IMG/VR virus record: IMGVR_UViG_3300042544_003430
From: a virus
Taxonomy: Duplodnaviria > Heunggongvirae > Uroviricota > Caudoviricetes
Strand: one strand, 5' to 3'
DNA: 64,000 nt
A program made the position numbers and the translations under genes. Of the stretch, positions 27,034 through 35,290 are shown piece by piece (the stretch's first letter is position 1; the number at the start of each line of letters is the position of its first letter). The notes below the pieces were generated by a model that had not been told where the DNA came from, did no database searches, and saw nothing but the letters and a program-made list of their open reading frames with translations.

Positions 27034-27513
27034 ATGGCAAAAGTAATCAAACCAACAGACTCAGATCAAGAAGTAGAATTTTATCCGGCAGTATTTTTAG
27101 CAGGATCCATCGAAATGGGAAAAGCTGAAGACTGGCAAAAAACAGTTGAGAAAGAATTAGAAAAATTAGACGTTACAATTTTTAATCCTAGAAGAGATGA
27201 CTGGGATAGCTCATGGACTCAAGAGCAATCTAATCCACAATTTAATCATCAGGTTAATTGGGAGTTGAACAAATTGGAAAGATGTGATGCCATCTTCATG
27301 TACTTCTCTCCAGAAACACAATCTCCAATATCTCTACTAGAACTAGGAAGATATTCCACATACGGAAAAATGATTGTTTGTTGTCCTAAAGGATTCTGGA
27401 GAAAAGGAAACGTAGATATCCTTTGCACCAGAGAAAATATTCCAGTATTTGAGGATCTACAATCTGCTATCGGGGCTTTGAAAACTAGAATCAACCAACA
27501 AATAATAGATTAA
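27034..27513 (+). CDS. Rcl/DNPH1-like 2'-deoxynucleoside 5'-phosphate N-hydrolase / nucleoside 2-deoxyribosyltransferase family protein
   Basis: VFLAGSIEMG and LLELGRYS motifs typical of the family. Confidence 0.55.
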   Translation: MAKVIKPTDSDQEVEFYPAVFLAGSIEMGKAEDWQKTVEKELEKLDVTIFNPRRDDWDSSWTQEQSNPQFNHQVNWELNKLERCDAIFMYFSPETQSPISLLELGRYSTYGKMIVCCPKGFWRKGNVDILCTRENIPVFEDLQSAIGALKTRINQQIID

Positions 27514-27556
27514 TAGAATTAAATAATCCTCCTTTGTAAGATCTATTCATTATCGA

Positions 27557-27565
27557 CCGTATATT
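27557..27565 (+). promoter_or_regulatory. motif A upstream of 27583
   Basis: tcgaCCGTATATTtaataaacaagaaataaATG. Confidence 0.5.
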
Positions 27566-27582
27566 TAATAAACAAGAAATAA

Positions 27583-28032
27583 ATGGCAGTAATCGGAATT
27601 AATTACGAGGGGGGAAATTACCACGACGAGGAAGACAATTTAGTTGAAGATGAGATTATTTACGAATTTGTTTATCTTCACACCTCGGAAAAAGAAATGA
27701 TTTTTAACAGTGGAAATTTTCCCAAGGACTGGTATGATGCTAAGAAAGCTTTCATAACTTTACAGGAAGAAAATCCAAATGACCCTAATTATTTTCATTT
27801 ATCTGGATCCTCTACATGCGATCATTTTATCATGGATGGTGCAAAATTTGACTCGGCTTACCTGCACGTGGAGGGAGAAACCCCCGTTCTAAAATACTGT
27901 ATTCCGTATGAGCATCCACCTTCAATCGAGACGATGGTCGAAAACAGATCAATTTATGAAGGAGGTTGGGAATTCTTTGTTCCAGAAGGAACTAAACCAA
28001 CCTGGGAAGAATTAAAAGAATCATTTAAATAA
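27583..28032 (+). CDS. hypothetical protein (149 aa)
   Basis: ORF downstream of motif A. Confidence 0.4.
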   Translation: MAVIGINYEGGNYHDEEDNLVEDEIIYEFVYLHTSEKEMIFNSGNFPKDWYDAKKAFITLQEENPNDPNYFHLSGSSTCDHFIMDGAKFDSAYLHVEGETPVLKYCIPYEHPPSIETMVENRSIYEGGWEFFVPEGTKPTWEELKESFK

Positions 28033-28041
28033 AAAATCAGC

Positions 28042-28773
28042 ATGTTTAAATTTTATGAAGTTGGAGGAAAAATAAGAGACGAAATTTTAGAATTATCTTC
28101 TAAAGATGTTGATTATGTAGCAGTTCCGAAAGAAGAATTACTAGATACAGTTGAGAAGGCAGAAGATATGTTCAGCATGTTAGAATCTTTTCTAAGAGTA
28201 GAAAAATTTGAGATCTTCTTGGTAACCCCAGACTGTTTTACAATTAGAGCAAAATTCCCAGCAGGACACAAATACTCAGGGGTTGCAGACTTTGTAATGG
28301 CCAGAAAGGAAATTGGTTATATTCCAGGAACTAGAACCCCAATTGTTAAGCCGGGAACCCTATTTGACGATCTTCAGAGAAGAGATTTTACCCTAAACGC
28401 TTTAGCAAAAGACGAGGACGGAACCATAATCGATTTCTTTGGAGGAATAGAGGATCTAAAGAAAAACCGTTTAAAAACTCCACTAGACTGCAAAATAACT
28501 TTTGATGACGATCCGCTTAGAATTCTTAGGGCCATCAGATTTTGTATAACTAAAGGGTTTTGGATTGGACCCTATATGGACGGGGTAATTCAGGATTACG
28601 ACTACGAAGGAAAAATGGGGGTAGTTTCTATGGAGAGAATAAGAGAAGAATTGTTCAAATGTTTCAAACACGATACATTAAAAACCCTCAAAACACTTCA
28701 CGAATACCCAGCCCTAAGAAACTACATTTTTGAAAAAAATACACTTTGGTTAAAACCCACAATGGAGCAATAA
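28042..28773 (+). CDS. tRNA nucleotidyltransferase (CCA-adding)/poly(A) polymerase head-domain protein, minimal form
   Basis: YEVGGKIRDEILE...KDVDYVAV (Pol-beta NTase head) and the hallmark RRDFTLNAL motif. Only 243 aa. Confidence 0.65.
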   Translation: MFKFYEVGGKIRDEILELSSKDVDYVAVPKEELLDTVEKAEDMFSMLESFLRVEKFEIFLVTPDCFTIRAKFPAGHKYSGVADFVMARKEIGYIPGTRTPIVKPGTLFDDLQRRDFTLNALAKDEDGTIIDFFGGIEDLKKNRLKTPLDCKITFDDDPLRILRAIRFCITKGFWIGPYMDGVIQDYDYEGKMGVVSMERIREELFKCFKHDTLKTLKTLHEYPALRNYIFEKNTLWLKPTMEQ

Positions 28774-28778
28774 AATAT

Positions 28779-29465
28779 ATGATTTACGTATCAATAGACA
28801 TCGAAACTACAGGACTAAATCCTGAAACTTGCCAAATCCTTTCTATAGGAGCAGTTATAGAGGACACTCAAAAACAATTGGCTTTCGAGGAAATTCCGAA
28901 ATTCCATTGCGCAATACTGAAAAATGAAAGGGATATAATCTCCGGTGAGATTTATGCTTTGAATATGAATAGGGATTTGATAGAAAGCATCACCTACTAT
29001 TCTACAGCTAAAGATCAAGATGAAAAGAATGATCTAGTTCATTTTACAGGAATGCAGTTTGTTAGAGAAGAAGATATTGCAGAACATTTTTTCCAATTCC
29101 TTTATCGGAACGGATTCAAGCCAAACGAGTCTGATCTACCCCTGAATAAAAAAATTAAAATAATAAATGGAATATCTTATCCTGTTTTGGATTCTTCTGT
29201 AAAGCCAATCACCATAAATGTAGCTGGGAAAAATTTCTCTGGATTTGATAGAAAATTTCTAGATTTACTTCCTAGATGGAAGCAACTAATCAGAACAAGA
29301 AGTAGAGTTATAGATCCAGGTGTATTGTTTGTAGACTGGGAAAATGATGACGCAGTTCCTTCTTTAGATTCCTGCAAAAAAAGAGCACTAATAGAAGGAG
29401 TGGTTACCCATAATGCTTTAGAGGATGCTTGGGATGTTATTCAAGTCTTAAGAACAAAATACTAA
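28779..29465 (+). CDS. DEDDh 3'-5' exonuclease (DnaQ/RNase T-like)
   Basis: Exo I motif IDIETTGL and Exo III motif HNALEDA. Start set at MIYVSIDIE, immediately after the upstream stop. Confidence 0.6.
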   Translation: MIYVSIDIETTGLNPETCQILSIGAVIEDTQKQLAFEEIPKFHCAILKNERDIISGEIYALNMNRDLIESITYYSTAKDQDEKNDLVHFTGMQFVREEDIAEHFFQFLYRNGFKPNESDLPLNKKIKIINGISYPVLDSSVKPITINVAGKNFSGFDRKFLDLLPRWKQLIRTRSRVIDPGVLFVDWENDDAVPSLDSCKKRALIEGVVTHNALEDAWDVIQVLRTKY

Positions 29466-30049
29466 TGAAAATAATCTATTTAGACATAGACGGAGTTCTT
29501 AATTGTGAAAAAGCATACCGAGATGGATTTTGCAAATATCAAGAATGGCCAGATACCAAAAGGGAGGATGGTAAAAATTACCACCAGACTTTTTATCCCC
29601 CGGCTAAGGACCTTCTAAATAAGCTTATTCTAGAAACAGGTGCTAAGGTTGTTGTCTCTTCTACCTGGAGACATTCGGGTTTAGAATTTATTAAAAACGT
29701 TTGGACTCAAGAGAAAATGGAAGGAGAAATCATAGGGATAACCCCTTCCTTTAGAGGAGACATTGAAGGGTATACAATTCCTAGAGGATGTGAGATTGAA
29801 TATCACCTTGAAAAAGAATTAGGATTTCATCACATCAATTGGGACAAAGACACTCAGCAAGAATATATTGACAAATCTAACGTCGATAATTACATTATCA
29901 TAGACGACGATTCAGATATGTTGTACACGCAAAGAAATCATTTTGTTCATGTCTTACCTTCTCCTAGGAACAAAGAGGGATTTAACGAAAAATATTTTGA
30001 AGAAGCACTAAAAAAATTATCAAAAACAGTTATAGATTTGAACTACTGA
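29465..30049 (+). CDS. HAD-family phosphatase (polynucleotide 3'-phosphatase PNK3P-like)
   Basis: IIYLDIDGVL (DxDGV motif I) and KVVVSSTW (motif II-like). TAATG overlap with the upstream gene. Confidence 0.45.
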   Translation: MKIIYLDIDGVLNCEKAYRDGFCKYQEWPDTKREDGKNYHQTFYPPAKDLLNKLILETGAKVVVSSTWRHSGLEFIKNVWTQEKMEGEIIGITPSFRGDIEGYTIPRGCEIEYHLEKELGFHHINWDKDTQQEYIDKSNVDNYIIIDDDSDMLYTQRNHFVHVLPSPRNKEGFNEKYFEEALKKLSKTVIDLNY

Positions 30050-30058
30050 CCGTATATT
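30050..30058 (+). promoter_or_regulatory. motif A 21 nt upstream of the tRNA-like gene
   Basis: ctgaCCGTATATTtaaatgtaac, the same motif that precedes protein genes. Confidence 0.5.
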
Positions 30059-30078
30059 TAAATGTAACAAAAACAAAT

Positions 30079-30162
30079 GCTCTGAGAAATTAATTTGACA
30101 TTGGTAGTCAAGCCAGCTTCTAAACCTGGTTTTTAGGGGTTCGATACCTCTTCAGAGCACCA
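30079..30162 (+). tRNA. noncanonical tRNA-like gene, putative amber suppressor (anticodon CUA), with encoded CCA
   Basis: Perfect 7-bp acceptor stem (GCTCTGA/TCAGAGC), discriminator A plus CCA. T-arm AGGGG-TTCGATA-CCTCT. D-arm TGAC-ATTGGTA-GTCA. Anticodon stem GCCAG/CTGGT with loop cttCTAaac (U33-CUA-A37 if a C.C closing pair is allowed). Irregular: 10 nt instead of 2 between acceptor and D stems. Confidence 0.45.
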
Positions 30163-30203
30163 AAGATGAAACTTTTAAAACAAAAAGATATATAATAAAC
30201 AAT

Positions 30204-30566
30204 ATGAAATAGATTAACAAATTTCAAGAAACAAAACTGGTAACTATTACCAGATCCGATATCCATCCAGGATATCAAATTCCTCAAACTGCTCACTCTA
30301 TCGCAGATTTTGCATACGAGCATCCGGAAGCATTTAAAGAATGGAAAGAGACATCAAACTCTGTCATCTGCTTATCCGTACCATCAGAGGAAAAACTACT
30401 CGACCTTTATTCAAAATTATCAGGACAAACTCCGACGACCAAGTTCTTCGAGCCTGACATCAACCAATGGACTTCTATCTGTTTATACGGAAGCCCCGAG
30501 GTTAGGAAAAAACTTTCACATTTACCATTAGCACTTAAAAAAATCGAAGACTATGTTATAGATTAA
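30204..30566 (+). CDS. PTH2-family peptidyl-tRNA hydrolase with in-frame amber (TAG) at codon 3
   Basis: ATG AAA TAG ATT AAC..., then a 117-codon open frame KLVTITRSDIHPGYQIPQTAHSIADF...FKEWKETSNSVICLSVPSEEKLL...FFEPDINQWTSICLYGSP. This matches PTH2 ([25 protein letters not shown]...QWEY...KVVVKA...[21 protein letters not shown]). No other ATG in frame. Confidence 0.55.
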
Positions 30567-30585
30567 TAACAAGAAAGAACTACTT

Positions 30586-31137
30586 GTGGCCATGAAATCT
30601 TGTCCACAAACAGAAACCCAATCTGTTCTAGATCACGGATTTTCTGTTAAGAATTACCTATTCGATCTTCTGGATCATTTAGAAAAAGGAACCCCTTTGA
30701 AGTTCGAATGGAAACTTCCAGAATGGATCTACGAGGAGAAAGAATTTATTCTTAAGACCTTACCCTCAAGACAAACTTTAAAGATATACACGGTGTTTCA
30801 CGACTGTGGTAAGCCTCAGTGTTTAACCATCGACGAGGAGGGCAAAAGACACTTCCCTAATCACGCAGAGGCTTCGTACAATACTTTCATCAATCTCTTT
30901 GATGATAATGCAGCAGCGGACTTAATACGCAGAGATATGGACATTCATTTACTTAAGTCCGAAGGTGTATCTGACTTCTGTAAAAATCCCAATGCAATAG
31001 CATCTTTAATTACTGGACTTGCAGAGATTCACTCTAACGCTGAAATGTTTGGAGGGATCGAGAGCACTAGCTTTAAGATTAAGTGGAAGTGCATCTCCAA
31101 GAGAGGAAAACAAATTATTCAAACCATAAAAAAATAA
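30586..31137 (+). CDS. possible HD-domain phosphohydrolase
   Basis: LDHGF...TVFHDCGKP...NHAE residues resemble an HD motif arrangement. Confidence 0.3.
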   Translation: MAMKSCPQTETQSVLDHGFSVKNYLFDLLDHLEKGTPLKFEWKLPEWIYEEKEFILKTLPSRQTLKIYTVFHDCGKPQCLTIDEEGKRHFPNHAEASYNTFINLFDDNAAADLIRRDMDIHLLKSEGVSDFCKNPNAIASLITGLAEIHSNAEMFGGIESTSFKIKWKCISKRGKQIIQTIKK

Positions 31138-31141
31138 AAAA

Positions 31142-31771
31142 ATGACAACAAAAGAATTTATCAAAATGCTCCAAGATGCAGATCCTACAGGGGAATCACA
31201 CATCAGAATGGAAGGAGGGATCCCGATGTACGCAGAAAGAAAACCAGGTTACTGGGATGGACCTTACAGTTACTTCGACGAGGAGGGAAACTGGGTGTAT
31301 AGCACAGGGGCATCTAAAGTAGACATCTACTGCGTAGACAGATATGACTATGTGTCTGATATGTTCAGCACTTATAATATTCCTACTTGGGAAGAAGTCC
31401 TTTCTAAGTTTAAATTTAGCCTGGGGTATTCTATTGAATCTCAAAGAAAAGAAAGAGAAGAGGGTAGTCTGAAGGATGCCAAAGAATCTTATGAACACTC
31501 GGTTGAGATGCATCAAAGATTTAGAAAAGAAGGAGAAGAACTGGCATTATCTAGATCGGAAAAGGGATGGACTTGGTTTCAGAATAAGTTGGTAGACGAC
31601 ACTTCTCTTAGACCAAACATGCACCACTACTATACCTGGATAGCTCTGGACGAGAATGGAAAGGATCAGGGATCTAATCTTCATAACGTCGAAGCAGTTT
31701 ATAAGTCAGGTCTATTTGAAAAACACGACAATGGAGTCAAAAAAGGCTATTACCAATGGATAAAAAAATAA
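31142..31771 (+). CDS. hypothetical protein (209 aa)
   Basis: ORF only. Confidence 0.4.
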   Translation: MTTKEFIKMLQDADPTGESHIRMEGGIPMYAERKPGYWDGPYSYFDEEGNWVYSTGASKVDIYCVDRYDYVSDMFSTYNIPTWEEVLSKFKFSLGYSIESQRKEREEGSLKDAKESYEHSVEMHQRFRKEGEELALSRSEKGWTWFQNKLVDDTSLRPNMHHYYTWIALDENGKDQGSNLHNVEAVYKSGLFEKHDNGVKKGYYQWIKK

Positions 31772-31798
31772 CAATAAAAAAAATAACAATAAAAAATC

Positions 31799-32128
31799 AT
31801 GAAAACAATCGAACAAAAAAGAGAAGATGCTATAAAGTATCTAAGACAAACTTCAAAACACTTATTTATGGATAAGAAAGAAACCCTAGTAAGAGTAGTT
31901 GAAATCGGACCAGAGGAATTTGAAAGAGTTACCTTGACTAAAGAGGGAAAAGAAGACAAGAGAAAAATTGGACTCGAACATTTCTTTAAGTACTATCCAA
32001 ATGATCCAAAGAACATTTGCAAAGTAAACCTATTTCCAAAGGATCACGGACTAAAATCAGTCAAGATGAAGCTGCTAAAAAAATACCAGCAGATGGAAAC
32101 AATTCCAGATGCTGACCGTATAATTTAA
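31799..32128 (+). CDS. hypothetical protein (109 aa)
   Basis: Preceded by tandem aaaaaaataacaataaaaaa repeats. Confidence 0.4.
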   Translation: MKTIEQKREDAIKYLRQTSKHLFMDKKETLVRVVEIGPEEFERVTLTKEGKEDKRKIGLEHFFKYYPNDPKNICKVNLFPKDHGLKSVKMKLLKKYQQMETIPDADRII

Positions 32129-32144
32129 TAAGAAAAAAAACTTA

Positions 32145-33086
32145 ATGGCAAAAAAATCAGATAGCGTTTACCAAAACGAAATTACCCCAACAGAAATTCT
32201 AACCACAAGATCAGCCATTCCGGCAGACTATCACACGGATGATTTCACAGAAAATTTTCTAGGAGAAATCTTTGATCTAAAGAGTGGAAAGTACTACAGT
32301 CAGAATGCTAGATCTAGATACTACCCAAAGCAAGAGGACAAGCATCTTTGTCCAGGTCACTGGCAAGGCTACAGATGGGCAATTCAGAATTTGACTGAAC
32401 CTGGAGATTGGGTTTTTGATCCAACTTGCGGAACTGGAACCACTCTAGTTGAGGCTTATAATCACGGTAGAAATTCAGCAGGAGTTGAATTAGAATTTCC
32501 TAAAATCGCTAGGGCAAACATAGATCACCAAAGAGCTAGAACAGATGTATCTGCAAATCTAATGCAAGGTGATGCTAGAGAAACTGCTAAGAATTTGGAT
32601 TCATTGGGAATTAAAAAAGGTCAACTAAGTCTGGTTATTAACGGAACACCATATCCAAAAATCAGTGGTAAATCTTCGGATGCTCCGGAAAGAAAGAAAC
32701 TTGTTAAGAAAGTAGAAGGTGAGGAAGAAGCTCCAGAAATGGTTGATAACACTTTTGATTATCAAAATCCTAACAACATCGGTTTAACAAAAGGAACTGA
32801 ATATTGGGGATTGGTTAATTCGATGTATACCCAAGCCATTGAGTATTTAAAACCAGGTGGATATTTCGTTATCTTAATTAAGGACATGATTCAGAACAAG
32901 AAGCCATACCTTTTAAGCAGCATGATTGCCAACGAAGTTCTAGAGAACAATCCTGATGTTGAATACCACGGTTTGTATCTTCACAGACACATTCCAGAAA
33001 CAATGTTTATGAGAACTTACCCTAAAATGTATCCGGGTGTTCCAGTTCCTTCTTACCAAGCAGGAATAGTTCTAAGAAAAAAATAA
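32145..33086 (+). CDS. SAM-dependent DNA (N6-adenine/N4-cytosine) methyltransferase-like protein
   Basis: VFDPTCGTGTTLVEAYNHGRNSAGVELE matches the DPF.GSGTT...G.E motif of the N-4/N-6 DNA methylase family. Confidence 0.5.
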   Translation: MAKKSDSVYQNEITPTEILTTRSAIPADYHTDDFTENFLGEIFDLKSGKYYSQNARSRYYPKQEDKHLCPGHWQGYRWAIQNLTEPGDWVFDPTCGTGTTLVEAYNHGRNSAGVELEFPKIARANIDHQRARTDVSANLMQGDARETAKNLDSLGIKKGQLSLVINGTPYPKISGKSSDAPERKKLVKKVEGEEEAPEMVDNTFDYQNPNNIGLTKGTEYWGLVNSMYTQAIEYLKPGGYFVILIKDMIQNKKPYLLSSMIANEVLENNPDVEYHGLYLHRHIPETMFMRTYPKMYPGVPVPSYQAGIVLRKK

Positions 33087-33107
33087 TTTAAAACTAAAAC
33101 TATGAAG

Positions 33108-33136
33108 CTCTAGATTTTCGGATCTAGAGTTTTTTT
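33108..33136 (+). terminator. rho-independent terminator
   Basis: CTCTAGAT-tttcgg-ATCTAGAG followed by TTTTTTTG. Confidence 0.55.
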
Positions 33137-33172
33137 GTGAAATATAAATTCGGATTTAATCTATAACGGGTA

Positions 33173-34132
33173 GTGAAAATTACCGAGCACATTAAGAAAG
33201 GAAAAGAGAATAAAAAGACCCTGTTCTCTTTTGAAATACTTCCCCCTGTAAAAGGACAAGATATAAATTCAATCTACAATGCAATAGATGGACTTTTGGA
33301 ATTTAACCCATCATTTATAGATGTTACTTATCATAGGGAAGAATATGCTTTCAGAAAGAATCCCGATGGATCTCTAGTTAAATATTCAACCAAGAAGAGA
33401 CCAGGAACAGTTGCTATCTGCTCGGCAATCCAAAACAAATACAATATAGATTCTGTTCCACATTTGATCTGTGGGGGATTTACTAAAGAGGAAACTGAAA
33501 ATGCCCTTATAGATTTAAATTTTTTAGGAATTGATAATATTCTAGCTCTCCGTGGGGATTCTATTAAAGGGGAATCTTCTTACTTGGCAAATCCAGAAGG
33601 AAATAAAAATTCAGTCGAGCTAATGTCTCAGATAAGGGATCTCAATGGAGGAAAATATCTCCTCGATGGATTTGAAGGGGACAAGTCCGATTTCTGCTAC
33701 GGCGGAGCTTGCTACCCGGAAAAATATTCAGAATCTCCAAATATGGAATTTGATATAGAATGGATGAAGAAAAAAGTGGAATTAGGGTCAGAATACTTCG
33801 TTACTCAGATGTTCTTCGATAATAAAGTCTACTGGAAATTTGTTCAAAAGTGCAGAGAGAATGGAATAGACGTTCCAATTATCCCAGGAATAAAACCAAT
33901 CACAGCACAGAGTCAAATTTGGGGTTTACCCAAGATCTTTGGAATTCATCTTCCTTACGAGTTATCAAATGATCTAAGAAAAACCGGAACTAATTCCGAA
34001 GCTGCTGAGATTGGAATCAAATGGGCTGTTGAGCAGTGCAAAGATCTAATTAGAGGGGGAGCTCCAGTTCTTCATTTCTACACGATGTCAAAATCCAAAT
34101 CAACTGCAGCTATCTGCAAGAAGATTTTCTAA
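33173..34132 (+). CDS. metF: 5,10-methylenetetrahydrofolate reductase (MetF-like)
   Basis: FSFEILPP, FIDVTY, PHLICGG, ILALRGD, FFVTQMFFD, IIPGIKPI and VLHFYTMSKS follow the MetF motif order. Confidence 0.75.
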   Translation: MKITEHIKKGKENKKTLFSFEILPPVKGQDINSIYNAIDGLLEFNPSFIDVTYHREEYAFRKNPDGSLVKYSTKKRPGTVAICSAIQNKYNIDSVPHLICGGFTKEETENALIDLNFLGIDNILALRGDSIKGESSYLANPEGNKNSVELMSQIRDLNGGKYLLDGFEGDKSDFCYGGACYPEKYSESPNMEFDIEWMKKKVELGSEYFVTQMFFDNKVYWKFVQKCRENGIDVPIIPGIKPITAQSQIWGLPKIFGIHLPYELSNDLRKTGTNSEAAEIGIKWAVEQCKDLIRGGAPVLHFYTMSKSKSTAAICKKIF

Positions 34133-34138
34133 TTCGTT

Positions 34139-34149
34139 GGATATATAGG
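34139..34149 (+). promoter_or_regulatory. motif B (GGATATATAGG) upstream of 34171
   Basis: gttggatatataggggat. Confidence 0.4.
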
Positions 34150-34170
34150 GGATAAAAATTACTCCCTTAA

Positions 34171-35283
34171 ATGGCTAAAACGTTATTACCCTTTGCTCTC
34201 TATGAAGAGCTTGAAAAGATAGAATCTTTAAATCCAGATGAAATGAGAAATTTCTTGTCTTCTCTTCAGAAGTATTGTGAATCTACAGGAAAAGATTTTA
34301 CTAAAGTTTGTACTGACATTGGACTTGAAGCTCCTTCCTGGGCAGGAAAATTGACCCACAAACAGAATGTATTACTAAACTCCCTTATCTCAAGGGATTA
34401 TTACAGTGAAGAAGATGAAGGAACCTCTTGGTCAATAAATCCCGAAACCGAAAGACTTGATGTAATTGGGAAATTTAAAATATCATCTTACAATAAAGAG
34501 AAATGGGGGGAATTAATAGAAATGGGGATAAAAATTGGTAAGGTAAAAGGTTATTTCGACGTTTCCGATTGTGGCATTGATTCATCAGAGGGATTCCCTA
34601 CTGAAGTAACTGGGGATTTTAATATCAGTGGTAATAAATTAACCAATCTAGTTGGATGTCCCGTAAAAGTAGGGGGTAAATACAAATGTGATAGAAATAA
34701 ATTAACCTCTTTAGAAGGAGCACCAGAACTATCAGACAATTTTGATTGCAGCGACAATAGTGGTCTAAGAAACTTAAAAGGAGGACCTAAGGAAGTAACC
34801 TCTATTTATTATGCTAATAGATGTAATCTGGATTCTCTAGAAGGGTTTCCTAGTATAATAAGTCCTTCTATATCCATTTATGTAGACAGTAATAATCTTT
34901 ATACACTAGAGGGTATTCCTCTAAGCCCTGCAATTTCTCCTTATAGAATCAGATGCAACAAGAACCCATTAAAAAGTTCAGTTTTAACAAATGCTTACAA
35001 AGAAGCAGCTAGAACTGGAAGCTGGGCAGTTGGATATCTAAGTATGTTTACCGATCCTGAATTCATCAAAACCGGAAAAGCTCCAAAGGATCCAATTAGA
35101 GAAAAATTATCTCCTGCGAATTTAAAGAAAGAAATTGAAACCAACGGGGAAGCTTTTGTAGTTGGTCTTAAATCAATCTGGAAGGATTTCAGGGTTCAAA
35201 AAATTCTAAAAGGAATTGAAATCCCAGAGGACACCAAAGCAGACGCAGAATTGCTAGCAGATTTAGATGACGTTGGACTTTAA
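34171..35283 (+). CDS. MKH/VGL family protein with BspA-like leucine-rich repeats, C-terminal DLDDVGL
   Basis: Repeats GDFNISGNKLTNLVGCPVKVGG / KYKCDRNKLTSLEGAPELSDN... Ends LLADLDDVGL. Confidence 0.55.
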   Translation: MAKTLLPFALYEELEKIESLNPDEMRNFLSSLQKYCESTGKDFTKVCTDIGLEAPSWAGKLTHKQNVLLNSLISRDYYSEEDEGTSWSINPETERLDVIGKFKISSYNKEKWGELIEMGIKIGKVKGYFDVSDCGIDSSEGFPTEVTGDFNISGNKLTNLVGCPVKVGGKYKCDRNKLTSLEGAPELSDNFDCSDNSGLRNLKGGPKEVTSIYYANRCNLDSLEGFPSIISPSISIYVDSNNLYTLEGIPLSPAISPYRIRCNKNPLKSSVLTNAYKEAARTGSWAVGYLSMFTDPEFIKTGKAPKDPIREKLSPANLKKEIETNGEAFVVGLKSIWKDFRVQKILKGIEIPEDTKADAELLADLDDVGL

Positions 35284-35290
35284 TTAATAA

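Noticed and set aside
30310-30531. Track ORF 30310-30531 (73 aa, low-complexity MHTSIRKHLKNGKRHQ...)
   Set aside because: It lies in a different frame of the same DNA that encodes a clean PTH2-like protein (30204-30566, after the TAG at codon 3). Its composition is non-protein-like, so it is treated as a shadow ORF.
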